Shown: positions 50,073-59,912 of the stretch, one piece after another | Position numbering within the stretch: position 1 is the first letter of the stretch | Layout of the letters: every line of letters starts with the position of its first letter | Assembly (NCBI GenBank): GCA_964607485.1 | Contig: CAZSKP010000022.1 | Location: 1 to 64,000 of the forward strand | Reading direction: 5' to 3' | DNA from: an uncultured bacterium | GTDB lineage: Bacteria > Abyssobacteria > SURF-5 | DNA length: 64,000 nucleotides | Position numbers and translations under genes: made by a program | Notes under the pieces: generated by a model | Database searches by the model: none | Seen by the model: only the letters and a program-made list of their open reading frames with translations | What the model was told of the DNA's origin: nothing

Positions 50073-51077
50073 GTGAAGCTGGTAACCTTTGAAGTCCGCA
50101 CACAACTGGGTCCATTCAGGCGCATCGGCGCTCTGAGCCACGAAGACATCATCGATTTGACGTCGGCCCACGCGCTGATGCTGGCCGAAACGATGCCGAC
50201 CGAAAGGGCCGTGCGAGCAGCCGACGCGCTCCTTCCTCCCTCCATGCTCAGCCTGCTGGAGATGGACGACCGCGGTTTCGAGCTGGCAGGACAGACGATA
50301 GAGTACATTCATTCTCTTGGCGCCGACGCCTCCACTCGCGGCCCGAGGGGTGAGACGATCATGTTTAAGCAATCGGAGGTAAGGCTGCTGGCGCCCGTGC
50401 CGAGACCCCGTACGATGAGGGACTTTCTCGCTTTTCAGACTCACGTGGAGAACTCCGCAAAAAGGGCGGGACGGGAAGTGTCGCCGCTTTGGTTCGAAAT
50501 TCCGAGCTACTACAAGGGAAATCCCGATACCGTCATCGGGCCCGAAGAGGACATACTCTGGCCGAGCTACACGCAGCTGCTCGATTACGAGCTCGAGTTC
50601 GGCCTCTTCATAAAGAAGCAGGGAACGAACATTCGGGCGGAGCAGGCACACGAATACATCGGCGGCTACACCATTTTCAACGACATCAGCGCGCGCGACA
50701 TTCAGATGAAGGAGATGTCGCTCATGCTCGGTCCGACGAAGGGGAAGGACATGAACCACGGCAACGTGCTGGGGCCGTGCCTGGTCACGCCCGACGAGTT
50801 CGACCCGTCCAACGCCAGGATGATCGCGCGCGTGAACGGGTCGGTGTGGACCGACGGCAATGCCGGCGACATGTATTACCCCTTCCCCAAACTCATCGAG
50901 TATGTATCGCAGGACGAAACCGTCCATCCGGGCGATTTCATGGGCTCCGGCACCGTCGGCTACGGCTGCGGCATCGAGCACGGAAACTTCATCAAGCCGG
51001 GCGACGTCATAGAACTAGAGGTTGAAGGAATAGGCATTCTTCGCAATCGCGTCGTAAAGCGGGAGGAAACTGAGTGA
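50073..51077 (+). CDS. Fumarylacetoacetate hydrolase family protein
   Basis: RDFLAF..H, LDYELE, FNDISARD and GSGTVG.GCG.E. Confidence 0.92.
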   Translation: MKLVTFEVRTQLGPFRRIGALSHEDIIDLTSAHALMLAETMPTERAVRAADALLPPSMLSLLEMDDRGFELAGQTIEYIHSLGADASTRGPRGETIMFKQSEVRLLAPVPRPRTMRDFLAFQTHVENSAKRAGREVSPLWFEIPSYYKGNPDTVIGPEEDILWPSYTQLLDYELEFGLFIKKQGTNIRAEQAHEYIGGYTIFNDISARDIQMKEMSLMLGPTKGKDMNHGNVLGPCLVTPDEFDPSNARMIARVNGSVWTDGNAGDMYYPFPKLIEYVSQDETVHPGDFMGSGTVGYGCGIEHGNFIKPGDVIELEVEGIGILRNRVVKREETE

Positions 51078-51946
51078 AAACGATCCTCATTGGGGCCGAC
51101 GGCCAGCTTGGAAGCGACCTGACAAAAGTGTATCCGTCTGACCAACTCGTGCCGCTCACGATAGCCGACCTCGACGTGCGCGACTATGAAAAGGTGAGAA
51201 AGATATTCCGAGAACACGCGCCCGAGGTAGTCATCAACACGGCGGCATATCACCGCGTCGACGAGTGCGAGGATTACCCCGACAGGGCCATCGAGGTAAA
51301 TGCGCTGGCCGTGAGGAACCTCGCCTTAGCGTGCAAAGACATCGACGCGATACTCGTTCATTTCAGCACGGACTACGTGTTCGACGGTGAGGCGTCGCGG
51401 CCATACACCGAAAAAGACGCCCCCAACCCCGTCAGCGCGTACGCGATATCAAAGTTGGCGGGGGAACTGTTCATCCGCTACCTGTACGACCGGCATTTCG
51501 TCATTCGGTTATGCGGCCTGTACGGCGTCACAGGCAGCATGGAGAAGGGCACGAACTTCGTCGAGACAATGGTCAAGATGGCCGGCGAAGGGAAGGACAT
51601 CCGTGTCGTGAGCGACCAGACGCTCACACCCACCTACACGCGCGCGCTCGCGCCTCGCATCAAGGCGCTCGTCGAAACCAAACGATACGGCCTCTACCAC
51701 ATGACGTGCGAAGGAGAATGCTCCTGGTACGAATTTGCATGCGCAATTTTCGAGCTTTCCGGCCTCAAGCCCAACATCTCGCCTACCACCTCCGCCCAGT
51801 ACAGGACCCCCGCCAAACGCCCGCGCTACAGCGTCCTGGAAAACGAGAACCTCAAGGCCGTGGCCGCCGTGGAGCCGATGCCGTTCTGGCGCGACGCCCT
51901 CGCTGCGTACCTCGAAGAGCGCAAGGGAGGCACGGGACGAGGGTGA
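51074..51946 (+). CDS. rfbD: dTDP-4-dehydrorhamnose reductase
   Basis: GADGQLG, STDYVFDG, YAISK and RPRYS.L. Confidence 0.94.
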   Translation: MKTILIGADGQLGSDLTKVYPSDQLVPLTIADLDVRDYEKVRKIFREHAPEVVINTAAYHRVDECEDYPDRAIEVNALAVRNLALACKDIDAILVHFSTDYVFDGEASRPYTEKDAPNPVSAYAISKLAGELFIRYLYDRHFVIRLCGLYGVTGSMEKGTNFVETMVKMAGEGKDIRVVSDQTLTPTYTRALAPRIKALVETKRYGLYHMTCEGECSWYEFACAIFELSGLKPNISPTTSAQYRTPAKRPRYSVLENENLKAVAAVEPMPFWRDALAAYLEERKGGTGRG

Positions 51947-52079
51947 CATCCTTTTGCGCGGACACACCCGCGCCGGGCCGAGCGCCAACGCAGGCACGCT
52001 CGACCGGCTGGCAAAGCGAAAATATTCCGGCCAAAGCGAGGTTTTGTCGTGTAATGGCTATGGGATGGTGATGAGATAG

Positions 52080-52220
52080 TTGGAAGCAGGGAACCCGAGA
52101 ATATATTACGACGAGCAGAGCGGGTTTTGGTACAACGTGCGGTGGGACGACGAAATGAAGTGCTTCGTGTGGACCATCGCGCCCCATCAGAGATTGATCC
52201 TTGACAGTGCGCCGGAATAG
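52080..52220 (+). CDS. Candidate small protein (46 aa), not in the ORF track
   Basis: TTG start; MEAGNPRIYYDEQSGFWYNVRWDDEMKCFVWTIAPHQRLILDSAPE; GGTGA upstream. Confidence 0.45.
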   Translation: MEAGNPRIYYDEQSGFWYNVRWDDEMKCFVWTIAPHQRLILDSAPE

Positions 52221-52263
52221 CGCGGCCCTCGCCATTCCGAAATGTCTTCGCCGGCCGCCGGGT

Positions 52264-52293
52264 TTGACTCATATACCGGGGAGACGCTATAAT
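52264..52293 (+). promoter_or_regulatory. sigma70 promoter of the selenoprotein gene
   Basis: TTGACT-18 nt-TATAAT, 10 nt before ATG 52304. Confidence 0.7.
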
Positions 52294-52303
52294 TATTCCG
52301 CGA

Positions 52304-53701
52304 ATGCGATTTACGATAGGCAGTAAGCAACGATACATTCTTTTCGCCCTCCTCGTGGCCCTCTTATCACTTTTCCCGTCTCGGCTCAGGCCGCACCCGG
52401 ATGAAGAGTCGCAGGTGATGGTCCTCTTCACGGGCGACGTGAACGGTTACGTCGAGCCGTGTGGGTGAAGCGAGCAACAACTGGGAGGTCTTCCCAGGCG
52501 AGATTCCTTCGTAGGCTCAGTGCGAGCCTCGGGGAAAGTGCTGCTGCTTGACAACGGCGACGTGAACAAGGGCTACGGTCGCCAGCCGGAGCTCAAGTAC
52601 GAGACCGCCATGAAGGCGATGTCGGACATGGGCTACGCCGCCGCCAACCTGGGCGAGCAAGACCTGCTTCTCGGGGTTGACTACCTGAAATATGTGGCCG
52701 ATTTCGCCCGTGTTCCGCTGCTGAGCGCCAACATCGTGGATGCAGAGGGCAAACCCGTATTCGAACAGTTCGCGGTGCGAGAGATGCGCGTCGGCGACAG
52801 ACCGGTGAGGGCAGCCGTCATAGGCGTGCTCTCGACCGCGTTCAAGGAAAAGGTCGAAGAGATAAACCCCGGGCTCGTCGTGGAGGAATACGACTCGGAG
52901 CTGAAACGCCTCGTCGGTCAGCTTCGAAAAGAGTCGGACCTTCTCATACTGCTCGCGCACATGAGCATGGAAGAGGCCCGCACGCTCGCCGGCAGTTTCC
53001 CGCAGTTCGACCTTATCATAGCCAGCCACAGCGGCGACGACCCTATCCCGACTCCCGTCATGGTGGGCGATGTGCCGATAGGGTTTGCGGGCGTCGGAGG
53101 CATGCACGTCGGCATGACGAGATTCAGAGTGGGAGAGAAACGGGCAACGCTGGTGGCCTACTCCATCAAGAAGCTGGACGCAACGTTAAGCGATTCCCCT
53201 CGCATGGTCGCCTTGCTCGAAGATTACGAGCAGATGGTCAAGGCCGAGAAACTCCTCGAAGCGTTCCCGAGGAGCACATACGGAGGAGATGTTGCATTCA
53301 CCGGCAACAAGGACTGCAAGAGGTGCCATTCGCTGTCCTCGTTCCGCTTTCGGAATTCAAAACACGCCCACGCCTTCGAGCCGATTGTCGAGAAGAGGCA
53401 CGAATATGACCCCGAGTGTGTCCGCTGCCATACGGTTGGTTTCGGCTACACGAGCGGATTCATTTCACCCGACACCACTCCCGCGCTCAAAAACGTCGGC
53501 TGCGAGGATTGCCACGGTCCCGGCAGCAAGCACATCGAGGAACCATTGGAGGGCGAATACGGCGAGGTAAAGAAGGAAACCTGCGAGGAGTGTCACAACC
53601 CCTCGAACAGTCCAAAATTCGTGTACGACGAGTACGTCAAGAAGATCAACCACAACACCATCTTCCTGTGCAGCGCGAAGGTGTGTCACTGGCTCGATTG
53701 A
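52304..53701 (+). CDS. UshA-like/multiheme cytochrome c selenoprotein (Sec at TGA 52466-52468)
   Basis: Signal peptide, then FTGDVNGYVEPCG-U-SEQQLGGL in frame with ORF 52520-53701; four CxxCH motifs; SECIS-like hairpin. Confidence 0.85.
52481..52497 (+). promoter_or_regulatory. Bacterial SECIS-like hairpin
   Basis: CTGGGA-GGTCT-TCCCAG, 12 nt after the in-frame UGA, with a G-containing apical loop. Confidence 0.75.
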
Positions 53702-53773
53702 ACCGATGCGAATCGCGTCCGTGACGCACGACGACATGCCGTATGCCGCACCCCGGAGAATTCTGAGGAGTTT

Positions 53774-54187
53774 TCAGGCTACCGGCTCGATACGCACATC
53801 CAGCAGCACAGTGCCCAGCCCGCCGACATCCATGCCGGGGTCAACACAGGCGACGCCTCCCGTTGGAGCCGTGAGGTCCCTGTTCTGATAGCACCGGTCG
53901 AGATACACGGCCAACGTGCGCGCGAGCGGAGCGATTACGCCCACGCACAGAGGACAGTCCGACGCCTCTTTGTCGATCTGAACGCCGCTGAACACAATTT
54001 TCTGGCCGACCTGCAAGCCTGCCGCGCAGTATTTGGCTTTCGCGACCTCCGCGACAATTCGGTACTTGGCCATGTTCTCCAGCGCGTTCTTGTACTCCTG
54101 CTCCTGCTCGGGGGAAACCTTCGCGATGTCCTCATCGGACATTCCGAGCATGTCTTTCGCAAAAGCCATCAGCACAGGGTCTCTCAT
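53774..54187 (-). CDS. Hypothetical Cys-containing protein
   Basis: SD AGGAGG; YCAAGLQVGQKI...CPLC...CVDPG. Confidence 0.7.
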   Translation of the reverse strand: MRDPVLMAFAKDMLGMSDEDIAKVSPEQEQEYKNALENMAKYRIVAEVAKAKYCAAGLQVGQKIVFSGVQIDKEASDCPLCVGVIAPLARTLAVYLDRCYQNRDLTAPTGGVACVDPGMDVGGLGTVLLDVRIEPVA

Positions 54188-54212
54188 TGTCTTCCTCCTT
54201 CGCGTGAACCAT

Positions 54213-54650
54213 TCAACGTTTCGATTTGTTCCTCCGATATACAAACAGCAGGAAGGCTGCCGCGGCTGCGGCGCCAACCGCGTCCACGGCTATGTCACCC
54301 ACCTCAAAGGTCCTGTACTTTACGAATAGCTGGTGAACCTCGTCGTTCAGTCCGTAAATAATCGAGAATCCGACGGGAATAAGAAACAATACTTTGGCGG
54401 AGTATTCGCGCCTGGCCCGGTGCAGACCCATGGCCACAGTCGCGCTCAAACCGGCGTACAGGCAGAAGTGAACCACCTTGTCGAAATGCCGAAACGGCGA
54501 TGAAATCGGGAATGAGGACACAGACGACAGGAAATAGAGGAGAAGACAGTACGCGAGAGTCGCGGCAAGAAAGGGTGCGGGGATAAATTCCCATAAAGTT
54601 GACCGCCTTTTCGAATCTTCGGCACTCGACGTCTTGTTTGTTTCGCGCAC
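54213..54650 (-). CDS. VanZ family membrane protein
   Basis: DKVVHF..Y, DEVHQLFV..R and DIAVDAVG; start estimated. Confidence 0.85.
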   Translation of the reverse strand: MRETNKTSSAEDSKRRSTLWEFIPAPFLAATLAYCLLLYFLSSVSSFPISSPFRHFDKVVHFCLYAGLSATVAMGLHRARREYSAKVLFLIPVGFSIIYGLNDEVHQLFVKYRTFEVGDIAVDAVGAAAAAAFLLFVYRRNKSKR

Positions 54651-54652
54651 TG

Positions 54653-55444
54653 TTACTGTAACCTCCCGGCCACTGCCACGGCCACAACATCCACGGTCTC
54701 GGCCCCGGCCCTCCTGAGCACGCGCGCACATTCGTTCGAGGTCGCTCCCGTCGTCACAACATCATCGATGAGAAGGAACCGTTGCTTTCTCACATCCGCC
54801 CCCGGCACGAGCTGGAAGGCGTTCTTTATCTGGCTGCGCCTCTCCCGGGCGCCGAGCATGCTGAAGCTCGGCGTGTCCTTCACCCGTCTGAGAACGGGAA
54901 GCAGATTTGCCTGGGACAGCCTGCGACACAGCCATTCCGAGACAAGCTCCACCTGGTTGTATCCCCTCTCCTTAAGCCTGCTCCGGTGGAGCGGTACCGG
55001 AACAAGGCCGTCGTACGACTGGATGTCGATTCCTGCAAACACATGGTCCAGCAGCAGAGCCCCGAGAGGCCCCGCCATCAAGCGCTTCCGTCCGTACTTC
55101 AGCAGATGGACGGCGTCGCGCAACACGCCGGAGTACAGTCCGGCGGCGTAAGTGTTCCCAACCCAAAGTTTCTGCGCCGAGCATTCCGAGCATACGTAGT
55201 TCCCCACGGGGTCGAACCCGACGCGCCGCGAATGAGGTCTGCCGCAGCGTGGACACTTCGGCTCCCGAACCGGTTCTATCGTCGCCCAGCACTTCTCGCA
55301 AAAATAGAGGTTCTCCTGCGTGAGAATTCTGACTCCGCATTCTTGGCAGAAGGCAGGCAGAAAAAGGTTCTTCAAGCCCAGCGCAATATCGCTGGCGACG
55401 CGTCGGACTGTCGTTTGCGTCACATGGGAACCCGGCCCGATCAT
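54653..55444 (-). CDS. comF: ComF family protein (Zn ribbons plus PRTase)
   Basis: CxxC pairs, VPVPLH...RGYNQ and LLIDDVVTTGAT; start estimated. Confidence 0.9.
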   Translation of the reverse strand: MIGPGSHVTQTTVRRVASDIALGLKNLFLPAFCQECGVRILTQENLYFCEKCWATIEPVREPKCPRCGRPHSRRVGFDPVGNYVCSECSAQKLWVGNTYAAGLYSGVLRDAVHLLKYGRKRLMAGPLGALLLDHVFAGIDIQSYDGLVPVPLHRSRLKERGYNQVELVSEWLCRRLSQANLLPVLRRVKDTPSFSMLGARERRSQIKNAFQLVPGADVRKQRFLLIDDVVTTGATSNECARVLRRAGAETVDVVAVAVAGRLQ

Positions 55445-55625
55445 GCCGAAAACCGGCCCTCCTTGGAATGTAGCTTTCAATCCGGCTTATGCGTGTACCC
55501 TGTATAATACCACACCGACCCGGCCGCAACTAAATCTTCCTTTTCGGAGGCACGATTTTTTTCTGGCCAAATCCAGCGGCATGATGTATCATCGGAGTTA
55601 CCCAAGAAACCCGAAAGGAGGACGC

Positions 55626-56513
55626 ATGAGCATCGAGCGAGTTCATTTCTATTCCGAAGGCGCCAGGCTGGCCGGCATGCTGTATCTTCCGGAGGGTCTG
55701 AAGGCGGAGGAGAAGAGAGCGGGCATTGTGTTGTGCCATGGCTTTACCGGAATCAAAGAGAGCATCTTGCCCCAGTATGCCGAAGCCTTCGCCAAGAGCG
55801 GATTCATCGCGCTGACGTTCGATTATCGCGGATTCGGGGAGTCCGACGGGCAGCGCGGACGTTTGCTCTGGCAGGAACAGGTGGCGGACATTCGCAACGC
55901 CGTCACTTACATCGGCGCCCGTCCCGAGGTGGATGCGCAACGCATCGGCCTATGGGGCACCTCCTACGGAGGGGCGCTTGCCCCATACGCGTTCGCGCTT
56001 GACGACCGCGCAAAGGCGTGCGTCGGCCAGCTCGGGTTTGCCGACGCCTACTCCGCGGCCGCCAGACGAATGCCTGTCGAGCAGATCGAGGCCTTCCGCG
56101 CAATGATCGAGGAGGACAGGCGACAAAGGGTGCTCCACAACGACCCGATGTACGGTGACGCCATGGCGCTCGCCATGGACCCGGAGATGACGGCATTCTT
56201 CGAGGAGGAATCCAAGACACTGCCCCAGCTCGCGGGCCGGGAGATTCCGGTTCAGTTTCTCGAAGCCCACCTGGAGTTCTCACCCATCAGTGTCATTCAT
56301 AAGAAGGGAAACCGTCCGCTGCTGCTCATCGCGGCCGAGCTCGATGTCGTGTGTCCGATGGAGGAGTACAAAGAACTGTACGACAAAGCGCCGGAGCCGA
56401 AGAAGTGGGTAGTGTTCGAGAAGACCCGGCATTTCGAGTTCTATGAAGGCGAGCGGGCCCAGCGCTCCGCCGCCGAGGCGGTTAATTTCTTCAAGGAACA
56501 CCTGCGAGCATGA
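55626..56513 (+). CDS. Alpha/beta hydrolase
   Basis: CHGF, FDYRGFGES, GTSYGG nucleophile elbow, and D and H of the triad; SD AGGAGG. Confidence 0.9.
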   Translation: MSIERVHFYSEGARLAGMLYLPEGLKAEEKRAGIVLCHGFTGIKESILPQYAEAFAKSGFIALTFDYRGFGESDGQRGRLLWQEQVADIRNAVTYIGARPEVDAQRIGLWGTSYGGALAPYAFALDDRAKACVGQLGFADAYSAAARRMPVEQIEAFRAMIEEDRRQRVLHNDPMYGDAMALAMDPEMTAFFEEESKTLPQLAGREIPVQFLEAHLEFSPISVIHKKGNRPLLLIAAELDVVCPMEEYKELYDKAPEPKKWVVFEKTRHFEFYEGERAQRSAAEAVNFFKEHLRA

Positions 56514-56606
56514 AGGCAGACGTGCTCGCTGAACGACACGGATTTCAGGGACCTTTGCGGCCAGATGTGAGTGCCGATTATAAGCCCGAGCTCTCGGCGC
56601 GAACAC

Positions 56607-57095
56607 TCAGTGGGAGCTGTCTTTGCGCCTTCTCTTTTTGGCCCTCCCTTCACCGGGAGCGCCCCTCTCGGCGAGAATACGCTTGACATCACGTCGTCCG
56701 AGCTTGCGCAAAGCGACCAGGGCGGCCTTATTCTTGCCCGTCGGCTTGGCCCGTCCCTGCTCCCACACTGCAACGCTGCCGGGGCTCACCTCGGCGAGCA
56801 GTGCCAGCTTCTCCTGGCTGATGCCCAGCTTCTTGCGAAGGTTCTTGACGGCTCGGGCCGACATGCGGGCCGTTCGGACCTCGTCGCCGGCGACTTCGAG
56901 CCATCTCTTCCTGCCTGCCTGACGCTCGGCTCTTCGTGCCGCGTCCGTGTCCAGTTTGGCGACCACCGTCGCGAGCCGTGCGACAGTCCGCTTGAGCTCC
57001 CGAGTCTCTTTCAGCAGAGGCCCGACGGTTGCCCTCAACTCTTTTCTGGCCAGCCGGGTGATTTCCGACCTCACGGCCTCTTCCATCTTGCCCAT
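56607..57095 (-). CDS. XRE-family HTH protein with N-terminal coiled coil
   Basis: LRKKLGISQEKLALLAEVSPGSVAVWEQG. Confidence 0.85.
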   Translation of the reverse strand: MGKMEEAVRSEITRLARKELRATVGPLLKETRELKRTVARLATVVAKLDTDAARRAERQAGRKRWLEVAGDEVRTARMSARAVKNLRKKLGISQEKLALLAEVSPGSVAVWEQGRAKPTGKNKAALVALRKLGRRDVKRILAERGAPGEGRAKKRRRKDSSH

Positions 57096-57245
57096 GACTA
57101 CCTCCGTGCGTGTTCAATCAAACGGCGCCGCCATCGTCTCAGGCAGCGAAGCCATTTTGTCGCAGACCGTCCCGGCCGTGTTCTGTCACCCGCTTTCTCC
57201 GGGCACACCCCTCCCTTCCGGCTGCCACAAACGGAGCGTTTCGGA

Positions 57246-57533
57246 TTACTTCTTGCCGAGAGCTGCGTCCTTGGCCGCTTTGGCTATTCTGAACTTCAGC
57301 GCACGCTTGGCGGGAATCTTGATGGGTTCGCCTGTGGCGGGATTGCGGCCCATGCGCGCCTTGCGGTTCACGACCACGAGCTTGCCGATTCCCGGAATCG
57401 TGAATCCTCTCTTGGCCTCTTTGTGCGCAATGTCTGCCAACTGGTCGAGCAATTGCGCAACCTGTTTCTTGGAAACGTCCGTCTTCTGAGAGAGACGAGT
57501 GACCAACTGGGCCTTTGTCATTGCGTTTGCCAT
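57246..57533 (-). CDS. hup: HU family DNA-binding protein
   Basis: MTKAQLV...PGIGKL...RKARMGRNPATGEPIKIPAK. Confidence 0.92.
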   Translation of the reverse strand: MANAMTKAQLVTRLSQKTDVSKKQVAQLLDQLADIAHKEAKRGFTIPGIGKLVVVNRKARMGRNPATGEPIKIPAKRALKFRIAKAAKDAALGKK

Positions 57534-57767
57534 TGTTCGTTCCTCCAGTTTGAGAGACCCTTCCGAAAACCGAAAAACGCCCCACACACGCTCCCGCGAA
57601 TTATAGGGAATAGAGGGTGCATCTGTCAAATGCAACGGCCTCATCGCCCGGCACAACGCAGATTCCCCGCCCTGACGGAGGCAGAACGACGACGGTGAGC
57701 GGCCGGGGGGAAATAGAGAAAAAGCCCCGCAATTGGGGGGCCGAAGATAGCGAGGAACCGACGAGAA

Positions 57768-58121
57768 TCAGGATACCAGCTCTATGATCGCCATGGGCGC
57801 TCCGTCGCCGGCCCGCTGGCCGAGACGTACTATACGCGTGTAGCCGCCATTGCGCTCGTCGAACTGTGGGCCGACTTCCGCAAACAGCTTCTTCACCGCT
57901 CCCTTGTCTCTCAGTATGGCGGCCGCCTGACGCCTGGCGTTGATATCCTGCTTCTTGCCGAGCGTGATAAGTTTTTCAGCGACGGGCCTCAGCGCTTTCG
58001 TTTTCGCAACGGTCGTGGTGATGCGTCCGTTCATTATCAACGACGCCGCCATGTTCGATAACAGGGCTTCGCGGTGAGCGCTGGTGCGGCCCAGCTTTAC
58101 CGTTTTCTTTCTGTGCCTCAT
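57768..58121 (-). CDS. rplQ: 50S ribosomal protein L17
   Basis: [14 protein letters not shown] and RNGGYTRI. Confidence 0.98.
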   Translation of the reverse strand: MRHRKKTVKLGRTSAHREALLSNMAASLIMNGRITTTVAKTKALRPVAEKLITLGKKQDINARRQAAAILRDKGAVKKLFAEVGPQFDERNGGYTRIVRLGQRAGDGAPMAIIELVS

Positions 58122-58200
58122 CTATATCAAGCCTTCCTTCGAGCGCTTCGCAATCACAGAGTTTCGATTCTCCCCGACACCCTCAGCCGTCAGGCCGGGC

Positions 58201-59193
58201 TCAATCCCCTTCGTCCTCCGACAGCGCAGCGGGTTCATATCCGTCCAGTTTCATGCCGAAGTTGAGGTTCATGGCGGCGAGCACCGCCTTTATTTCTTCG
58301 AGCGATTTCTTTCCGAAATTGCGGTACTTCAGCATTTCGGCCTCGGTCTTCTGCACCAGGTCAACGATGGTCTTGATGTTGGCGGCTCTCAGGCAATTGG
58401 CCGCTCTGACCGAGAGTTCGAGTTCGTTGACGCTCTTATCGAGGTACTTTCGGATTTCCTCTGTTTCCTCGGCGCGGGAAGCTCTGGCGAGTTCTTCCTC
58501 GGCTTCGGGCCTGACGAATATGTTGAAATGCTGTATGAGTATCTTCGCGGCCGAGGCGACCGCATCTTCGGGCAGAATGCTGCCGTTCGTCCAGATTTCC
58601 AGAATCAGCCTGTCGTAGTCGGTCATCTGGCCGACACGAGCGTTCTCCACGGCGAAATTCACTTTTTCGACGGGAGAGAAGATCGAATCGATACATATCG
58701 TGCCGATGGGCTGGTCGTCCCGCTTGTTTTGGTCGGCGGGCACGTAGCCCCTGCCCCTTCCGATCTCGACATCCATGACGATCTTGGTACCCTGATTCAG
58801 GGTGAGGATGTGCTGGTCGGAGTTGAGGATTTCGATGTCCTCATCCACTGCGATGTCCGCGGCGGTGATGGTCTTCTTGCCGGAGGCCTTGACCTGAACG
58901 CTCTTGGTCTCCGCCGTGCCGTGCAGCTTAAGCCTGACCGATTTCAGATTGAGCACGATATCGGTGACATCCTCGACCACGCCCGGAATGGAGGCAAATT
59001 CGCGCTGGACTCCCTCTATTCGGACGGAAGTAATGGCTCCGCCTTCCAGGGAGGAGAGAAGCACACGCCTGAGCGAGTTGCCGACAGTCACGCCGAAGCC
59101 TCGTTCAAGGGGTTCCACAACGAACTTGCCGTAGGTTTCGGTTGAAACGTCTTCGTCCTTTTCCCATTTGGGCATTTCCAGAATTCTATTCAT
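58201..59193 (-). CDS. rpoA: RNA polymerase alpha subunit
   Basis: EPLERGFG.T.GNSLRRVLLSS, LELSVRAANCL and NFGKKSL; start uncertain. Confidence 0.98.
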   Translation of the reverse strand: MNRILEMPKWEKDEDVSTETYGKFVVEPLERGFGVTVGNSLRRVLLSSLEGGAITSVRIEGVQREFASIPGVVEDVTDIVLNLKSVRLKLHGTAETKSVQVKASGKKTITAADIAVDEDIEILNSDQHILTLNQGTKIVMDVEIGRGRGYVPADQNKRDDQPIGTICIDSIFSPVEKVNFAVENARVGQMTDYDRLILEIWTNGSILPEDAVASAAKILIQHFNIFVRPEAEEELARASRAEETEEIRKYLDKSVNELELSVRAANCLRAANIKTIVDLVQKTEAEMLKYRNFGKKSLEEIKAVLAAMNLNFGMKLDGYEPAALSEDEGD

Positions 59194-59264
59194 ACGCGTT
59201 TGAGCCCCCAAGATAGTTTGTGTTTGTCATCTCTGCAGCGTCCAACTCTTTGTTGCAGTTCCTC

Positions 59265-59891
59265 CTAGCGGGAGTAGAGCTCAATGACAAGTTTCTCCTC
59301 AACCGGCAGCGCGGCCTCTTCCTTCGTGGGAAGCCGGAGGAGCTTGCCGGTCATCTTTTCCGCGTCAACCTCTACCCAAGGCGACACGCCGCGCTGCATG
59401 GCGGCTTCGAGGTTCGACTGTATCACGTGCATCTGACGGCCCTTTTCGGTGAGGGAGACGACGTCGTCCGGCTTGACCTGAAAAGACGGCAGGTTCACCT
59501 TCTTATCATTCACCATTATGCGGACATGCGAGATGAACTGTCGGGCCTGCGCGCGCGAGGATGCGAATCCCATCCGGTACACGACACTATCCAGCCGCCC
59601 CTCGAGCAGTTGTATGAGCTTTTCTCCGGTGACGACGGCGCTTTTCGCGGCAAGCACAAAGTAGTTCCGAAATTGTCTCTCCATCAGGCCGTACATGCGT
59701 TTCATCTTCTGTTTTTCACGGAGCTGAATGCCGTAGTCGGAATGCTTCACCCTCCGCCTGCCGTGCACTCCCGGCGGATAATTCCTCTTTTTTATGCCGC
59801 ACTTGGGCGACAGGCATCTTTCGCCCTTCAGAAAGAGCTCCACGCCTTCGCGCCTGCAAATCTTACAAACCGGATCGGTGTTACGAGCCAT
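59265..59891 (-). CDS. rpsD: 30S ribosomal protein S4
   Basis: CKICRREG, QLREKQK and LEGRLD. Confidence 0.98.
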   Translation of the reverse strand: MARNTDPVCKICRREGVELFLKGERCLSPKCGIKKRNYPPGVHGRRRVKHSDYGIQLREKQKMKRMYGLMERQFRNYFVLAAKSAVVTGEKLIQLLEGRLDSVVYRMGFASSRAQARQFISHVRIMVNDKKVNLPSFQVKPDDVVSLTEKGRQMHVIQSNLEAAMQRGVSPWVEVDAEKMTGKLLRLPTKEEAALPVEEKLVIELYSR

Positions 59892-59912
59892 CAGTCTCTC
59901 CCGGCGCCCCCA

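Noticed and set aside
56607-57095. HTH gene as the antitoxin of a toxin-antitoxin pair or a prophage remnant
   Set aside because: No adjacent toxin-like ORF or phage genes; flanked by HU and a hydrolase.
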